From contig CAYYSO010000001.1 in NCBI GenBank assembly GCA_964474415.1, positions 1 through 58,270 of the forward strand: DNA of 58,270 nucleotides. Direction: 5' to 3'. A model generated the notes under the pieces. The model saw only the letters and a list, made by a program, of their open reading frames with translations, was not told where the DNA came from and made no database searches. The stretch is from an uncultured Methylomarinum sp. Its GTDB lineage: Bacteria > Pseudomonadota > Gammaproteobacteria > Methylococcales > Methylomonadaceae. The translations under genes and the position numbers were made by a program. Of this stretch, positions 50,545-58,270 are shown in pieces (the stretch's first letter is position 1; the number at the start of each line of letters is the position of its first letter).

Positions 50545-51378
50545 TTACTCGGTCAGTCCGTCCAATCCCGATTCAAGAGCAAGGATTTCAGTCATTTTTT
50601 CAGCTATCTCTTGTTTATTAAGCCCTAATTGCAACCATTCCTTAACGGGGAAAACGGCAAGTTTTTCTTCGTCATTCATATTGCTATGGCTAGATTCACT
50701 GATAAACTTTGCAATAAACACCACACAGGCAGATAAGGAAATTTCTTCAAACCCCAAAGGCTCTCCTGACTTGGCAACTGTATCGATCAATTCCTCAGAA
50801 AAATTCCAGCGCCGGCAAAGCTCGGCGCAAGCTTCCTGACTGGTAAAACCCAGACGTTTACGCTCATACTCAGATCGTGCTTCACCAGCTTTGACGTGCT
50901 GATCAATTTCATTTGCGGCTTTTGCATCGCCCAACTGCAATAAAATATTTCCAAGTCCGTTAATCAAGCCGGCGGTAAAAATCATGTCGCTGTTTTCCAG
51001 ATTGCTTTGTTCTGCCAGCCATTTTGCATAGGTAGCGGTACGAAAGCTGTCGTTCCAAAACTCTTTTATATTAAAGTTAGGTATCTCAGGTACAGCACTG
51101 ACAATGCCGGATGCAATAACCAGGGTTTTTAATCGCGACATCCCCAGCATGACAACGGCTTCCTCAATGGAGCCAATTTTTTTGGAAAGGCCAAAATGTG
51201 CTGAATTGACCAGCCGCAATACCTTCATCGAGATAATTTGCTCTTTTTCAACATTTTTAGCGATTGCATCAAAATCAATATCAGGATTATTCAACTGTGT
51301 AATCAATGTTCTGACAATTTTGGGTACCTGCGGTACATTGTGAATCTGGTCAAACAGCTTCTCTATCGTTAATTTCAT
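50545..51378 (-). CDS. Standalone HDOD-domain protein
   Basis: VPQVPKIV, KVLRLVNSAHFG, EEAVVMLG, FTAGLINGLG, RWNFS. Confidence 0.88.
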   Translation of the reverse strand: MKLTIEKLFDQIHNVPQVPKIVRTLITQLNNPDIDFDAIAKNVEKEQIISMKVLRLVNSAHFGLSKKIGSIEEAVVMLGMSRLKTLVIASGIVSAVPEIPNFNIKEFWNDSFRTATYAKWLAEQSNLENSDMIFTAGLINGLGNILLQLGDAKAANEIDQHVKAGEARSEYERKRLGFTSQEACAELCRRWNFSEELIDTVAKSGEPLGFEEISLSACVVFIAKFISESSHSNMNDEEKLAVFPVKEWLQLGLNKQEIAEKMTEILALESGLDGLTE

Positions 51379-51460
51379 TATTAATTTATCCTCCGTTGAA
51401 TCTTTAATCTATACCATTGTAGATGACTTGAACAAAATTACTATTCGTTCAAAATACACG

Positions 51461-51671
51461 GTAACTATTAGGCGCATATACACCTTAAATATCAGTCACT
51501 TAATTAAGAAAACATCATGAATACGTAAGCCACATGAATGTGGTGAATGTCGATATTGCAGGAGCAAATATCGACCCATGCAAGTTTGAATGTGGCGTCC
51601 ATGCCACAGTCACTTCTTCCGCAAGCAACGGATATTAAAGGCTTGCCATTGGGTTAAATATGCTGAGTTAC
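51461..51671. mobile_element. Degenerate second copy of the 15436-15600 MITE with a 49-bp internal insertion
   Basis: GTAACTATTAGGCG...GCTGAGTTAC ends; shared TAAATATCAG, CATGAATAC, TCTTCCGCAAGCAAC.GATATTAAA; flanks AATACACG/AATACATA. Confidence 0.75.
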
Positions 51672-51682
51672 AATACATAATC

Positions 51683-51940
51683 CTAAAAAGATCAGTCGGG
51701 CGCGAAATTATAGTGCAAGATATTGGTTTCACAGTGCTTTACAGGTTTTTGCTCCGGCAAAACCTGCATTTCTTGCATCCCTGTAGGTCAAAAAAACCTG
51801 AGCTTCACCTATAGATTAAGCGGGTATTTTTTTGAAGCACATGGATGTGCTGAATGCAGATAATGCAGGAGCCATTATCTGTAAAGTGCTATGAAATCAA
51901 GAGCTTGTGACATAATCTGTGATCCAACTGATTTTTCTAG
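51683..51940. repeat. ~260-bp compound palindromic element
   Basis: ~59-bp imperfect terminal IR (CTAAAAAGATCAGT.../...ACTGATTTTTCTAG) enclosing two inverted double-hairpin units (51741-51788, 51835-51882). Confidence 0.7.
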
Positions 51941-52396
51941 TCAGCTATAGTTCTGAAAAGAAACTCTTTTTTAGTCTTTGAGGCGCTCTGGCGGATACCC
52001 TGAGGAATCAAATATTCAATGAAGCTGAACCGATGCCACTCAAGTGGACATCCAATATAACAGGTTAGGTTTACCTCCAAAGGCTCTATCCCGGAAATCA
52101 GAGATCATTTAACAAAATAAAAACCACATAGAAAACAGGTCTGCTGAGTGATTATTTCAGAGAGAAGGTTTTCGTGTAGAAAGTGAATAGTGAAAATAAA
52201 TAAAATTAGGTCTTTACAAAGTAAAGACAGGATAATGGATTTGGAAACGGGTAAAACAGCTTTCAGTATTTCTGGCTTCTTCTTTTAAACTCGATAAGCG
52301 GCCAAGAAAAGGCCTGATAATGCATAGGCTTTCAAAATTATAAGAGTATAATTCTGGAATCACAGAAAATTTAAAAACGTATAGTCGGGAAAATTT

Positions 52397-52711
52397 ATGA
52401 ATGATGTATTGCAGCAGTTAGCTGAGGTTTTAGAGCAACGCAAACAGGAGTCAGCCGACAAGTCTTATGTGGCCAGTCTGTATGCGAAAGGCCTTGATCA
52501 TATTTTAAAGAAGCTCGGGGAAGAAACGACCGAAACAGTCATTGCCGCTAAAAACGGAGACAAAGAGCAGATTATTTATGAAACTGCTGACCTATGGTTT
52601 CACAGTATGGTAATGCTGGCTGACCGGGGATTGAGCCCTGATGATGTATTGCAAGAACTGCAGCGGCGTTTTGGCTTGTCGGGTCTGGAAGAAAAAGCCC
52701 GACGTAGTTAA
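52397..52711 (+). CDS. hisE: Phosphoribosyl-ATP pyrophosphohydrolase
   Basis: [37 protein letters not shown]. Confidence 0.95.
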   Translation: MNDVLQQLAEVLEQRKQESADKSYVASLYAKGLDHILKKLGEETTETVIAAKNGDKEQIIYETADLWFHSMVMLADRGLSPDDVLQELQRRFGLSGLEEKARRS

Positions 52712-52734
52712 TTAAAGAATATCAGGAGACAGAA

Positions 52735-52950
52735 ATGGGCATTAGTGTAACTCAGTTATTGATTATTTTGGTGATTGTCATTGTTTTATTTGGCACCAAA
52801 CGTTTGAAAAATATAGGTGCCGATTTAGGCAGTGCGATTAAAGGATTTAAATCAGCAGTCAAAGAAGGATCTGAAGATAAATCAATAAGCGAAAATGAGG
52901 GCGAGACTTTAGAGGGTGAAGTCACCTCCAAAGACAAAGACAAAATTTAA
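52735..52950 (+). CDS. tatA: Sec-independent translocase TatA
   Basis: [32 protein letters not shown]. Confidence 0.95.
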   Translation: MGISVTQLLIILVIVIVLFGTKRLKNIGADLGSAIKGFKSAVKEGSEDKSISENEGETLEGEVTSKDKDKI

Positions 52951-52954
52951 TCCT

Positions 52955-53257
52955 ATGTTTGATATTGGCTTTTGGGAACTGTGTTTAGTGGGCTTGGTGA
53001 GTTTGCTGGTTATTGGTCCGGAAAGATTGCCGAAAGCGGCACGGATAGCTGGATTCTGGCTTGGAAAGACCCGGAACATGGTGGCTTCGGTCAAGACTGA
53101 AATTAAAGAGGAATTACAGGCTGAGGAGATGCGACAAATTCTAAAAGAACAAACTGATCTGGAGGAATTTCATCGACTGAAGGAAGAAGGGAAAGAGGTG
53201 CAAAAGGAAGTAAATTCAGCAATAAACTCTGTCACACAACAAAAACATGACGAATGA
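52955..53257 (+). CDS. tatB: Sec-independent translocase TatB
   Basis: [19 protein letters not shown]. Confidence 0.95.
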   Translation: MFDIGFWELCLVGLVSLLVIGPERLPKAARIAGFWLGKTRNMVASVKTEIKEELQAEEMRQILKEQTDLEEFHRLKEEGKEVQKEVNSAINSVTQQKHDE

Positions 53258-54018
53258 CTGAATACCAATCAGAACAAGGCCAGGAACAGCCCTTTATCAG
53301 TCATTTGGTTGAATTGCGCAATCGTTTATTACGTGTAGTGCTGTGTGTACTGGTGGTGTTTTTGGCGGCAGCGCCGTTTGCCAACGAAATATACAGCTAT
53401 TTATCCGGGCCATTGCTGAAACATATGCCGGAAAACAGTACCATGATTGCGATTGATGTGGCATCGCCGTTTTTTATACCGTTCAAGCTGGCGTTGGTCG
53501 CCTCGGTGTTTGCCTCAATGCCGGTTATTCTTTATCAACTCTGGGCATTTGTGGCGCCGGGTCTGTACAGTCATGAAAAGCGCATGATTTTACCGCTGCT
53601 GGTTGGCAGCACTGCGCTTTTTTATGCGGGTATCGCATTTGCCTATTATGTAGTTTTTCCTTTAGTATTTGGATTTTTAACGGCGGCAGCTCCGCAAGGC
53701 GTTGCGGTAATGACGGATATCAGTAAATATCTTGATTTTGTTTTGACACTGTTTTTCGCCTTCGGTTTAGCCTTTGAAGTGCCGATTTTTACTATTCTTT
53801 TAGTTTGGACCGGCTTGACAAGCCCCAAAAGTCTTTCAGAAAAGCGGCCGTATGTGATTGTTGGCGCCTTCATTGTCGGAATGTTTTTAACGCCGCCGGA
53901 TGCGATATCGCAAACCTTGCTGGCAGTGCCTATTTGGCTGTTATTTGAATCAGGCTTATTGTTTTCGCGTTTTTTTGTCCGAAAAACAGCTAATAATGGG
54001 GTTGAAACAGAAAGTTAA
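53254..54018 (+). CDS. tatC: Sec-independent translocase TatC
   Basis: [34 protein letters not shown]. Confidence 0.96.
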   Translation: MTEYQSEQGQEQPFISHLVELRNRLLRVVLCVLVVFLAAAPFANEIYSYLSGPLLKHMPENSTMIAIDVASPFFIPFKLALVASVFASMPVILYQLWAFVAPGLYSHEKRMILPLLVGSTALFYAGIAFAYYVVFPLVFGFLTAAAPQGVAVMTDISKYLDFVLTLFFAFGLAFEVPIFTILLVWTGLTSPKSLSEKRPYVIVGAFIVGMFLTPPDAISQTLLAVPIWLLFESGLLFSRFFVRKTANNGVETES

Positions 54019-54023
54019 GGCGT

Positions 54024-54755
54024 ATGCAGAAAAATGTTTTAATTACTGGCGCGGCCAGACGTATCGGCGCAGCATGCGCACGCTTGCTGCATGATGAAGG
54101 CTTTAATGTCTGTTTGCATTATAGAAGTTCTGAAGGGGAGGTGATGCAACTTTGTGAGGAATTAAATCACAAAAGAGATGAATCGGCTCGAATTATACAA
54201 GCTGATTTGTTGAATATGCAAGAGCTGACAAATTTGGCGCAGACGGCTGAAACGGTTTGGGGCGGCATAGATGTGCTGCTGAATAATGCCTCATCTTTTT
54301 ACCCCGGAATTGTCGGTAAAGTGACCGAGCAGAATTGGGAAGAATTATTGGGCAGTAATTTGAAAGCGCCGTTTTTTCTGTCACAGGCGCTACTACCTTC
54401 ATTAAACAGCAAACAAGGTTGCATTATTAATATTATTGATATTCATGCAGAAAGAGGGCTAAAAGGTTACCCGGTTTACAGCATTGCCAAAGCAGGTCTG
54501 GCGGCTATGACCAAGTCTTTAGCTAAAGAGCTCGGGCCACAAATCCGGGTTAACGGTGTTTCACCTGGCGCAATTTTATGGCCGGAGCATGATATAAATG
54601 ACGAGGCTAAAACCGAAATCATACAAAGAGTGGCGTTGCAGCGTCGTGGCGACGCTGTCGATATCGCCAAAGCGGTACGTTTTTTGATTAATGATGCAGA
54701 CTATATCACCGGGCAAATTTTATCTGTTGATGGCGGCAGGAGTTTGTTCTGTTGA
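54024..54755 (+). CDS. folM: Pteridine reductase (FolM/PTR1-like short-chain dehydrogenase)
   Basis: TGAARRIG, NNASSF, YSIAK, VNGVSPG; adjacent to folK/folB. Confidence 0.85.
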   Translation: MQKNVLITGAARRIGAACARLLHDEGFNVCLHYRSSEGEVMQLCEELNHKRDESARIIQADLLNMQELTNLAQTAETVWGGIDVLLNNASSFYPGIVGKVTEQNWEELLGSNLKAPFFLSQALLPSLNSKQGCIINIIDIHAERGLKGYPVYSIAKAGLAAMTKSLAKELGPQIRVNGVSPGAILWPEHDINDEAKTEIIQRVALQRRGDAVDIAKAVRFLINDADYITGQILSVDGGRSLFC

Positions 54756-55244
54756 CAGCCAGGATGGCTGTATTTTTTTCTGTTTCAGGCCGGTTTTATC
54801 AAAATCTTCCCATAATTGACGGTAGCTTTGATGACTGACGGGGTGTAGTAATTCGCCGGCAATTTCTGCCAGAGGTTCCAGTACAAAAGCATAACGTTCA
54901 ATTTCATCACGGGGGATTCGCAGCCGTCCGTCGTGAATAATTTGATTACCGTATAAAACTAAATCAAGATCCAGTGTTCTGGCGGAAAATTTTTGGCAGT
55001 TCCGGGTTCGACCATGATCTAGTTCAATTTGCCGCAACTGCTTGGCTATCTGCTTGGCTTCCAGTTCAGAATCAAATTTTACAATCAGATTATAGAAGTT
55101 TTCACCGCTAAAACCGACCGGCTCAGTTTCATAGATACTGGAAACTTCGATTTTGCCAAACAGTTTTTTAAGCGCATTGAGACTGGAAGGAATATGCTTT
55201 TCCCTGTCAATATTACTGCCGATACTGATAAAACCAGTAGTCAT
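54720..55244 (-). CDS. folK: 6-hydroxymethyl-7,8-dihydropterin pyrophosphokinase
   Basis: ISIGSNI, SSIYET, RTLDLDL, RYAFVLEPLAEI. Confidence 0.94.
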   Translation of the reverse strand: MTTGFISIGSNIDREKHIPSSLNALKKLFGKIEVSSIYETEPVGFSGENFYNLIVKFDSELEAKQIAKQLRQIELDHGRTRNCQKFSARTLDLDLVLYGNQIIHDGRLRIPRDEIERYAFVLEPLAEIAGELLHPVSHQSYRQLWEDFDKTGLKQKKIQPSWLSTEQTPAAINR

Positions 55245-55247
55245 GAG

Positions 55248-55601
55248 CTATTTTTCACCTCGTTCAATAATAATGCCGACATCCTTGGCGCGACTGATAG
55301 CCCCTCTTTTGTTAAGTATTATTTTAACCCAAGGGATATTGAATTCATTTTGCAGGACAGCGGCAACTTCTTCAATTAACCTTTCGACCAGATAAAATTC
55401 ACTTTGTTCGACAAATTCGACAACACGCTCGGATACAGCTTTATAATCCAGCGTATGTGCAATATCATCGGTCTCAGCAGCCTTGCAAATATCGCATGCC
55501 ATTTCAATATCTAAAACAATTGTTTGTTTGATTTCTCTTTCCCAGTCATAGATGCCAATGACCGTATCTATTTCAAGGCCGTTTAAAAAGATGATGTCCA
55601 T
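55248..55601 (-). CDS. folB: Dihydroneopterin aldolase
   Basis: VIGIYDWERE, TLDYKAV, VGIIIER. Confidence 0.95.
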   Translation of the reverse strand: MDIIFLNGLEIDTVIGIYDWEREIKQTIVLDIEMACDICKAAETDDIAHTLDYKAVSERVVEFVEQSEFYLVERLIEEVAAVLQNEFNIPWVKIILNKRGAISRAKDVGIIIERGEK

Positions 55602-55688
55602 TATGATTTTCCGGTTATTATATTGCGTAAAAAATTATGCAGTATCGTAGAAACCATGTTGATATACAAGTTTTGAAGGAGATTAGAA

Positions 55689-56261
55689 ATGATTGAATGG
55701 TTGCTTGTACCCGCAGCGTATTTGTTTGGCTCAGTGTCGAGTGCGATTATTGTATGTCGCTTGATGAGGCTAGACGACCCCAGAAAACAAGGGTCTGGTA
55801 ATCCGGGGGCAACCAATGTCATGCGCATAGGCGGCAAGAAGGCGGCGGCTATTACCTTGCTGGGCGATGCCTTAAAGGGAGTGATTCCAGTACTGATAGC
55901 CAAAATGATGGGAGTTGATAGTCTATTATTGTCTGCTGTTGTGTTTGCGGCTTTTTTGGGACATCTATACCCGGCCTTTTTTGGTTTTAAAGGTGGCAAA
56001 GGTGTCGCCACTTCATTTGGAGTAAGCCTAGGGGTAGCCTGGCTATTGGGTCTTGCGGTATCGGGCACCTGGTTTGTTGTGTACAAAATAGGTGGAATTT
56101 CTTCTCTGGCAGCTTTAGTTGCAGCTGTACTGACACCCTTTTATGTCTGGATGATTGTCGGGGATAGCAATCTGATTGTGACGTTTGCTTTGATTTCGAT
56201 CGTCTTGCTTTGGCGGCATAAAACTAATATTCAGAGACTGTTAGCTGGAGAAGAAACTTGA
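55689..56261 (+). CDS. plsY: Glycerol-3-phosphate acyltransferase
   Basis: GSGNPGATNVMR, DALKG, GHLYP..FKGGKGVAT, RHKTNIQRL. Confidence 0.96.
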   Translation: MIEWLLVPAAYLFGSVSSAIIVCRLMRLDDPRKQGSGNPGATNVMRIGGKKAAAITLLGDALKGVIPVLIAKMMGVDSLLLSAVVFAAFLGHLYPAFFGFKGGKGVATSFGVSLGVAWLLGLAVSGTWFVVYKIGGISSLAALVAAVLTPFYVWMIVGDSNLIVTFALISIVLLWRHKTNIQRLLAGEET

Positions 56262-56578
56262 TAGAAAGATCAGATATTTCAAAATAAAATACTCTCCCTT
56301 TTCTGTGGTTTTTTTAATTTTTGGTGAGAACACTTCATCCATTAAAGAGTGATGCGCAAAGCGCATCGGCCGGGTTATTTATTGCCAAATGCTTAAATCT
56401 ATTCGTGGATACTTGATGCCAGGATTGCGAATTTTGCTTATTTTATTCTTGTGTGCTTAAATCAGCTGGAAACTTAGTGCCATGCATGGCATTTAGATTA
56501 ATTTTTGCAGCGTCCCACCTCACTGCGAAATCTTATTCTACATTCACTAAATGAGGTGGAATTTTTGGAGATTTATTT

Positions 56579-57109
56579 ATGAACAGCCTTACCGCACTTT
56601 CTTTAAGCATTGGCATTTTAGCCGGGTTAGCAACATTTCTGGCAGTAGGCCCTCTCAGCGGTGTTTTTTTTATATGGGCAGCAACTATTGCATGGGCCGC
56701 TTATTTCGCTTTAGGAGGCAATAAGGACGCTGCAAAAAATACAGTTGTGTGTGGGATTTTTGGCGTATTGATGGCTAGTTATGCCGCTTTCCTGATTACG
56801 AAAATTTCACCCGACACCGCACTTGGTTTTGCATTTATGGCTGCACTTATTGTCACTGTCTCTGTAGTGGTTCTGTGTCTTGCCGCAAATATCCCTGCTC
56901 TTTCTGCAATACCCGCTAGCGTACTGGGCTATTCAGCCACTTTTGCTTATCTTTTGCAAACCCCTGATAAACTGTCAGGAGATGTGCTTCTCGGTGCTTC
57001 CTGGGATAATCCAATAATTATAATTTCTTTTTCCCTTGCTGTTGGAACTGGTTTTGGCATCTGGTCTGGCAATCTGGCCGCTAAATGGACTACCGTAACT
57101 GATGATTAA
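56579..57109 (+). CDS. DUF1097-family membrane protein
   Basis: ALSLSIGILAG, WAATIAWAAYF..GG, IPASVLGYSATFA; multi-TM. Confidence 0.8.
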   Translation: MNSLTALSLSIGILAGLATFLAVGPLSGVFFIWAATIAWAAYFALGGNKDAAKNTVVCGIFGVLMASYAAFLITKISPDTALGFAFMAALIVTVSVVVLCLAANIPALSAIPASVLGYSATFAYLLQTPDKLSGDVLLGASWDNPIIIISFSLAVGTGFGIWSGNLAAKWTTVTDD

Positions 57110-57242
57110 AAAAACCAGAAGCTGCTGATTTATAAGTATTCCACATCACTTTCTGTTTATTATTTATACATAGACTCAAAGAACTGAACACCTTGCGCGA
57201 GGATATATCATTTGTTTCGCACGGTTATAGATTTTTTAGGAC

Positions 57243-57270
57243 AAAAAAAATGCGGCCCATGGGCCGCATT
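57243..57270 (-). terminator. Intrinsic terminator (minus strand)
   Basis: Minus strand AATGCGGCCCATGGGCCGCA followed by T8. Confidence 0.75.
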
Positions 57271-57328
57271 AAAGAAGGATATATAAAAACTCTATTCCCA
57301 GAAGGTTGGGAGCGCATTCAAGAGTTGT
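57243..57328 (-). ncRNA. Candidate small regulatory RNA
   Basis: -10 TAAACT and -35 TTTTCA at 17-bp spacing, 5' hairpin, U/A-rich linker with UCCUUCU, own terminator, no obvious ORF. Confidence 0.5.
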
Positions 57329-57362
57329 GCGTAGTTTAATGATGTTTTCCGATTTTGAAAAT

Positions 57363-57392
57363 GTGACATAGTGTCGCGCGACAAATTGTCGC
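57363..57392. promoter_or_regulatory. Two tandem RegA/PrrA/RegR-like boxes
   Basis: GTGAC-ATAGT-GTCGC then GCGAC-AAATT-GTCGC, matching GCGRC-N5-GTCGC, directly upstream of the putative -35. Confidence 0.5.
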
Positions 57393-57409
57393 TATTGTTA
57401 AACCTAAAG

Positions 57410-57650
57410 GTAACTACTCGCCCGGTAGTCATTAAGCGGGGTAGGGTTTGATTATGCACTCAACACAAAGGCGCAGGATCTGCGTAAATACAAGCATACA
57501 GAAGCCTATCAAAGGTTTGGTGTGGCCAATACCTCCTATTAAAGCGGTAAGCAAACTCAGCGAGAAATGCTTTTCTGTACTTAGGAAACACACCATGATG
57601 AGTAGAAAGTCGGTTTGACTAGAACAGTCGCCGTTAAGCCCGGCTCACCA
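57410..57650 (+). other. Possible 5' remnant of a group II intron behind an IS66-like end
   Basis: GTAACTACTC (same as the MITE TIR start), then CGCCCGGTAG... a non-coding stretch resembling group IIB domain I from memory; unverified. Confidence 0.3.
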
Positions 57651-57773
57651 GTATTTTATATACTGCGGGAACTTAATAATATGATTGTTAAGGAGCGTAC
57701 ACGAAATAACTTCAACAACTGACTTATCTTTGAAATACATGGATGGGTTGCCGAACCGATTCCATGCGTGTTC

Positions 57774-58270
57774 CTAATTCTGGAATGTATCGGGAAAAAC
57801 CGGATCGGATATGCCGGGAATACTGGGTAAATCTCCACGGCCTTTTCCAGCCTTTAGTTGTGCTTTCATGCCTTTCTCCATGTGCTGGGCAATATCACAA
57901 TGCACCAGATAGGTGTAATGACTGCTGGGAACAATAAATGTCCCGGTTTTTTTACCCGACCCATTCACTTCAATATGAAACATTCCTTGCGAATAAAGAT
58001 ATTTGGGAAGACCATGAATCATCCACTGATGACGAATTTCATCTTCATTGGTAAATTCGACAGTAATACGCGCGCAAGGTTTGACCTGCCATTGATGTTT
58101 ATCATAGCCAAAAACAGTTCCGGGGTATTGTTTGGCATATTTAACCCCCGCCTTGACTGCTATCGTCACATCTTCTGAAATTTCAGGACAATCCTTGGGT
58201 ATGTTGTCGATATTTTCATTCATGACCATCCCTTTCATGTCCATCCGCATTCCATGATTTTTATGCTCAC
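57774..58270 (-). CDS. Cupredoxin-fold copper protein (5' partial)
   Basis: HQWMIHG and type-1-like HCDIAQHMEKGM; frame open to the window edge. Confidence 0.8.
   Translation of the reverse strand, partial: EHKNHGMRMDMKGMVMNENIDNIPKDCPEISEDVTIAVKAGVKYAKQYPGTVFGYDKHQWQVKPCARITVEFTNEDEIRHQWMIHGLPKYLYSQGMFHIEVNGSGKKTGTFIVPSSHYTYLVHCDIAQHMEKGMKAQLKAGKGRGDLPSIPGISDPVFPDTFQN

Noticed and set aside
51590-51814. 74-aa plus-strand ORF
   Set aside because: Spans two repeat elements; not a plausible gene
51461-51940. Repeats as a CRISPR array
   Set aside because: Units are inverted and nested, not regularly spaced direct repeats; no cas genes
55601-56086. 161-aa minus-strand ORF
   Set aside because: Antisense shadow of plsY

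Overview
A low-GC (roughly 40-45%) gammaproteobacterial chromosomal segment. Gene content and repeat style suggest a Methylococcales-type methanotroph, but that is inference. Core genes are gatCAB, gnd-zwf, crp-yhfA, recC-recB (no recD), rdgB-rph, yicC-gmk, hisE-tatABC, folM/folK/folB and plsY. Accessory material is interspersed: (i) a decaying copper-related patch with a frameshifted DoxX/HvfX-like gene and a Tat-type multicopper oxidase split at a G6 run; (ii) an AmmeMemoRadiSam (amrS/amrB/amrA) locus; (iii) a ~19 kb signalling region with four GGDEF/EAL enzymes, a heme-c sensor cyclase, an ODP-like di-iron protein abutting a GGDEF-EAL gene, and a 1708-aa kinase-ATPase-GAF-histidine kinase whose Ser/Thr kinase domain looks catalytically dead; (iv) several nested non-autonomous elements (MITEs) with clear terminal inverted repeats (TIRs) and target-site duplications (TSDs), plus a ~48-bp double-hairpin unit whose stems covary; (v) a candidate ~85-nt sRNA downstream of two tandem RegA/PrrA-type boxes, next to a possible group II intron 5' remnant. 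No rRNA, tRNA, CRISPR array or intact transposase was seen.
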